In this document: positions 60,429-64,000 of the stretch, in pieces | How the letters are laid out: every line of letters begins with the position of its first letter | Numbering within the stretch: position 1 is the first letter of the stretch | Assembly: GCA_963801355.1 (NCBI GenBank) | Contig: CAWDEM010000008.1 | Location: 1,216,001-1,280,000, forward strand | Source of the DNA: Ignavibacteriota bacterium | GTDB lineage: Bacteria; Bacteroidota; Ignavibacteria; UBA10030; UBA6906 | Direction of reading: 5' to 3' | DNA length: 64,000 nt | The notes under the pieces: generated by a model | What the model was told of the DNA's origin: nothing | Databases searched by the model: none | Seen by the model: only the letters and a program-made list of their open reading frames with translations | Program-made: the position numbers and the translations under genes

Positions 60429-60803
60429 TCACCCGCAGCACGATTGACGCGCCGCTGCCGAAGCAAAATCAAATCCCAACTCTTGACTGAGCCCGCGGTT
60501 GCATTCCTGCAGTGATGCCACCAGGCTCTGCCGGGCCTGAATGTACCGGGCAGTGGCCGGGTGAGTGTTCACACTGCTCTGTAATGCCCGCAACTCGTCG
60601 ATCTCTTCTTGCGACAGCGCTCCTGTCGATTGCTTGGTCTGCAACTCCGTGGACCGTTCGTTGAAGTGTTTTCGAATCGCACGCAACTCTGGGTCGCCCT
60701 GGAATTCAGTTCGGGTTCGTGTAAAAGCATCATACACATCCGATTGTTGTACGGCAGCAATAAAGGCTTCAGCAGCATCGTGAAGTTCAGTATTCAGCAT
60801 CAT
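60429..60803 (-). CDS. YlbF/YmcA (Ric)-family protein with CCG tail
   Basis: AEAFIAAVQQSDVY..DPE..HP..YIQA..N..LS pattern; AAGGAG RBS. Confidence 0.72.
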   Translation of the reverse strand: MMLNTELHDAAEAFIAAVQQSDVYDAFTRTRTEFQGDPELRAIRKHFNERSTELQTKQSTGALSQEEIDELRALQSSVNTHPATARYIQARQSLVASLQECNRGLSQELGFDFASAAARQSCCG

Positions 60804-60813
60804 CTTCTCCTTG

Positions 60814-61218
60814 TCATGAACAGCAACCACTTCTTGGCTTTGTCAGCCCAGCAAAATCCAGATTCAGCCGCTCGCTGAGAAACTCGTTTAGTTCCCGAAG
60901 CAGGGTGACCAACTCTTCTTGTGCGCTGAAATAGTTCTTGAGCGTCTGGTTCGCCTCTATTGCGCGCTGCAAGTCCTCCATCCGTTGCGCTTCCTCACGT
61001 GTGTCGCTTCCGAGTTGCCGCGATAGTTGTATCGTCCGCTGGGCATCCTCATATCGAGCGAGCAGTTCCCGGGCCTGAACGTCGTTCTGGTAGCTCTGCT
61101 CCGCTGTACTGTATGCACAGTATTCAGCAGTAGCAACAATGGCAGCGCCAAGCCTTGTGCTGACTTCGCGGGCGCTTACCCTTATCCGAGGTGCTTGTCG
61201 TGTGATTTCGTTGTTCAT
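60814..61218 (-). CDS. YlbF/YmcA (Ric)-family protein with GCCS tail
   Basis: LGAAIVATAEY..NDVQARELL..NQTLKNYFSAQEEL..LN pattern. Confidence 0.72.
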   Translation of the reverse strand: MNNEITRQAPRIRVSAREVSTRLGAAIVATAEYCAYSTAEQSYQNDVQARELLARYEDAQRTIQLSRQLGSDTREEAQRMEDLQRAIEANQTLKNYFSAQEELVTLLRELNEFLSERLNLDFAGLTKPRSGCCS

Positions 61219-61547
61219 GTATCATTCTCGCCTGTTTGAGTATTGGAGACTTCATCCGCGTCTCGCCGTTCAAGCTCCTGCACAATCCTGCGCTCCGAAA
61301 GCTTCCCGCCCGACTGAATGAGCCTGCCGTCAATGGTAACAAACGGGGGCGCCGCTCCCTCCTGGAGAAGCTTCGTGATGTGCTCGAACTCGAACGACTC
61401 GGGCGAATACAATTCAACATAAGTTGTTCGTATGGTGCTACCATACCTCGACTGGAGTCGTCGACCAATCAAGTCTGCTGCCGCCTTCCATGTCTTGCTG
61501 GGATCGCAGGCTGCTATTGGTAGGCCGAAGATGTGAATTGTGGACAT
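61215..61547 (-). CDS. Thioredoxin-fold protein, distantly ArsD-like
   Basis: IHIFGLPIAAC, PPFVTIDGRLIQSGGKL. Confidence 0.6.
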   Translation of the reverse strand: MSTIHIFGLPIAACDPSKTWKAAADLIGRRLQSRYGSTIRTTYVELYSPESFEFEHITKLLQEGAAPPFVTIDGRLIQSGGKLSERRIVQELERRDADEVSNTQTGENDT

Positions 61548-61549
61548 AG

Positions 61550-61942
61550 CTAGTTCAACTCCAGAGTTGCAGGGATGTTCATCGGCTTGAACACGGAATA
61601 TGCCGTGCAGGACCCCCGCTTGATCTTCTGGGCGAGAAGCTTCGCATCCCGTTGTGCCACCGGATTGGCCTTGAGTGCTTCAGCTATGGCCTCCAGTAGA
61701 TGCTTTTGGGCTTCGCTCTTCGGCTCGGTAACGGAATACAGCATCCATAGACCCATCCTGCGGTCTTTGACTAAGCCGGCACGTTTTAGGTATGCGAGAT
61801 GGCGGGAGACTTTTGTCTGGGAAAAGTGCAGGGTTGCCTCGATATCACATACGCACAGTTCACCGGAGGTCAAGAGGATCCCGTAGATTCGCAAACGAGA
61901 TTCGTCAGCGAGCGTCTTGAGTGTCGCTGCCAGGTTCTTCAT
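61550..61942 (-). CDS. arsR: ArsR-family regulator (ELCVCD type)
   Basis: LADESRLRI, ELCVCD, SQTKVSRHLAYLK, R.GLWMLY. Confidence 0.9.
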   Translation of the reverse strand: MKNLAATLKTLADESRLRIYGILLTSGELCVCDIEATLHFSQTKVSRHLAYLKRAGLVKDRRMGLWMLYSVTEPKSEAQKHLLEAIAEALKANPVAQRDAKLLAQKIKRGSCTAYSVFKPMNIPATLELN

Positions 61943-61954
61943 GAGTCGCCTCTG

Positions 61955-61994
61955 TATGTGCTTACCCAAATATATATATGTGTGTAGACAAATG
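61955..61994 (-). promoter_or_regulatory. Tandem putative ArsR operators overlapping a TAnnTTTG box
   Basis: TATGTG-N6-CAAATA (61955-61972) and TATGTG-N6-CAAATG (61977-61994), 22 bp apart; TATATTTG on the minus strand. Confidence 0.55.
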
Positions 61995-62297
61995 CAAGTG
62001 GATGCCCCAAGATGCTTCAGTCCAAAGGAACAAGCATACCTCTGGCTCAGAACTTCGCCCCTTTGCAGGAGATGCAGACATCACAGTCGGGTGCCGACTG
62101 CCGGCAGACTTGGCGGCAAACGTGAGGGTACTCAGCGACTGCGGACGAGACGCCGCGAGGACCGCGGTAAGTGAAGGTGGGCAGGCAAGTGCGACAGATT
62201 CGGGGAACCGTGATACATCACGAGTGCACCTCGGACGGTGCACAAAACACACACAGTCTGCATCCTGAACCAGGGGGAAAGCCTAAAAATCGTACTA

Positions 62298-63035
62298 TCA
62301 TCGCGAGGAAAGCCTGTTCAGCATTCCCCGCGCAGAATCCAGATCTTCAATTGTGTCGATCTCGATACACGCAAGCGAACCGGTATCGACAGCAAAGGGC
62401 CTGTGCCCCTTGTCGATAATTCGTTGAAATGCAGCCTCGTAGAACACCTTGACCTTTCCTTCGACTTGAATCATTCGCTCAAGTTCCGCGAACAATTCCT
62501 CTGTGGACTTCCGCCCGAACTTTTCGATGCCTATCGATTCGCCGAGCGCGACTTCGGGGTGGACTTCTTTGCCGATTTCCATCACCCTGCCGAGGATATC
62601 CACCCGCACTTTGATCTCCTCGTGTCCGAGAGAAACGCCCGTTTTCACCGCAAGGCAGTCTTCATGCCCGGATTCCAGCAGCAGGTCGATGATGTTCCCA
62701 TCGAAGATGATATCACTGTCGAGCAAGAGGATGCTGTGACCCCGGATGAGGTCCCGTGTCATCCAGAGCGAATAGATATTGTTCGTCGACGCGTAGAGCT
62801 CGTTTGAAAGGAACTCCACATTCATCTGTGGAAAAGTCTTCCGGACAAAACGGCGGATGCGCCCCTCCAGGTATCCGGTCACGAGGACCACGTCTTTAAT
62901 GCCATGGTCCTGCAGATTCTCCAGCGCCCTTCCAAGGATTGTCTTGCCACCCACATCGAGCAGGCACTTTGGAATCTGGTCTGTGAGCGGCCTGAGGCGG
63001 GATGCAGTTCCGGCGGCGAGAATGATGGTTTTCAT
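62298..63035 (-). CDS. Phosphocholine cytidylyltransferase (LicC)-family nucleotidyltransferase
   Basis: IILAAGTASRLRPLT..PKCL, TNNIYSL, DSD, GESIGI, EIDT.EDL. Confidence 0.88.
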   Translation of the reverse strand: MKTIILAAGTASRLRPLTDQIPKCLLDVGGKTILGRALENLQDHGIKDVVLVTGYLEGRIRRFVRKTFPQMNVEFLSNELYASTNNIYSLWMTRDLIRGHSILLLDSDIIFDGNIIDLLLESGHEDCLAVKTGVSLGHEEIKVRVDILGRVMEIGKEVHPEVALGESIGIEKFGRKSTEELFAELERMIQVEGKVKVFYEAAFQRIIDKGHRPFAVDTGSLACIEIDTIEDLDSARGMLNRLSSR

Positions 63036-63916
63036 TGTGTTCCGTACAGATTCATGGAGCGGTCTTTCAGGCGTTGCGCAATGATCAGGAAGCCGGCCAG
63101 GACGTTTCCCACGCCCGCGATGCCCCAGAAGTAGATGTCCCATCGATTGAGAAATGCACACACCACCATCAGCGAGAATTGCGTGGTAGGGCCCAGGTAC
63201 GTCCAGAGGCGCATGAGCCACCTTTGCTCACGGGCGAATACCTCTGGGCTGATGTTCAGCACTCTGCCCGTGGTCTTATGATCTGAGGTGAATCGCTGCT
63301 GTACCGCCGAATATTTGAGGTAGATCCAGAGAAGCGCCCTCTCCATGAAGTGCCCCCGCCGGCCACGCAGCTGGGCATACCCCTCCTCAAATGCCTTCTG
63401 ACCGTCCACGAGCACGCTGGTCCGGTTCAACGTGACGTCCAGATAGCGGTTCCGGTAGAAATCGAGGAGGCTGGCTTGAAGCACGTTGCTCACGGCAACG
63501 AAAGCTGTCACTAGCCACATGATCAGCGGCTGTGACGAAGCGGAGGCGTATCCGATCCCGATGCCCAGATACGCTGAGAGCGATGAGGTATAATCCGCGA
63601 GGCCGTCCAGGATCCTTCCCACCGGTGTCCCGCTCTTCTTCATGCGGGCAAGCTGGCCATCGCTGCAATCGACCACATCGCAGATGATGAACGAGATACC
63701 GCCCAGGCACCACGAGAGCGGAGTACCGAAGGCGAAGCACACTCCTCCGAGTATCCCAAAGACCATTGAAACAAACGTGAGCTGGTTTGGAGTAATCGGT
63801 GTGGAGTACACCCCCTTCACGAGGAGGAACGCAAGAGGACGATAGAAGATCAGGTCGAGAACTTCTTCAACCGCGGTAGATTTGAGACCTTGCTTGTACT
63901 CCTGGACAACGCTCAT
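63032..63916 (-). CDS. CDP-alcohol phosphatidyltransferase
   Basis: ITPNQLT, DCSDGQLAR..GRILDGLAD. Confidence 0.9.
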   Translation of the reverse strand: MSVVQEYKQGLKSTAVEEVLDLIFYRPLAFLLVKGVYSTPITPNQLTFVSMVFGILGGVCFAFGTPLSWCLGGISFIICDVVDCSDGQLARMKKSGTPVGRILDGLADYTSSLSAYLGIGIGYASASSQPLIMWLVTAFVAVSNVLQASLLDFYRNRYLDVTLNRTSVLVDGQKAFEEGYAQLRGRRGHFMERALLWIYLKYSAVQQRFTSDHKTTGRVLNISPEVFAREQRWLMRLWTYLGPTTQFSLMVVCAFLNRWDIYFWGIAGVGNVLAGFLIIAQRLKDRSMNLYGTQ

Positions 63917-63926
63917 CGGGAGTCCA

Positions 63927-64000
63927 TCAGGCGTAGAATGCCTTTATGGCATTGATGACCAGGCGGTTTTCTTCCTGCGTACCAAGGGTGATCCGCACGT
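63927..64000 (-). CDS. 3' end of a class I/II (HisC-like) PLP aminotransferase (partial)
   Basis: Reads VRITLGTQEENRLVINAIKAFYA*. Confidence 0.55.
   Translation of the reverse strand, partial: VRITLGTQEENRLVINAIKAFYA

Overview
GC-rich bacterial DNA, most likely from an FCB-group organism (Ignavibacteria/Bacteroidota-like). Evidence for the host: T9SS-type C-terminal domains (YPNPFNP) and several TAnnTTTG promoter boxes. Left to right the window holds: (1) the 5' part of a secreted BNR/Asp-box beta-propeller gene; (2) an unusual 7-gene operon (1889-8105) joining a phage-type replication initiator, with an internal ori-like tract, and a helicase-loader-like gene to a half-size TolC-like protein, a YdjM-hydrolase::membrane-fusion-protein chimera and a membrane-anchored AAA ATPase; (3) a BrnTA module with the toxin deleted, bracketed by REP-like palindromes; (4) a psrABC-type polysulfide/thiosulfate reductase with two YeeE transporters, a rhodanese and mobA; (5) an acyl-CoA dehydratase activase, two two-component systems and two T9SS cargo proteins; (6) an MttB homologue; (7) an ECF sigma / anti-sigma / TPR-CHAT protease / small secreted peptide locus; (8) an approximately 18 kb minus-strand arsenic/metal/thiol-redox island with arsD-arsA-arsC-acr3, three ArsR, ArsP, CcdA, thioredoxins, ferredoxins, a MacB-type ABC system and two YlbF-like proteins with CC tails; (9) a LicC / CDP-alcohol transferase / aminotransferase cluster. 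Several genes are split by apparent single-base indels, which may be sequencing errors. I found no rRNA, tRNA, CRISPR array, integrase or transposase. All product calls come from motif recognition by eye; no searches were run.
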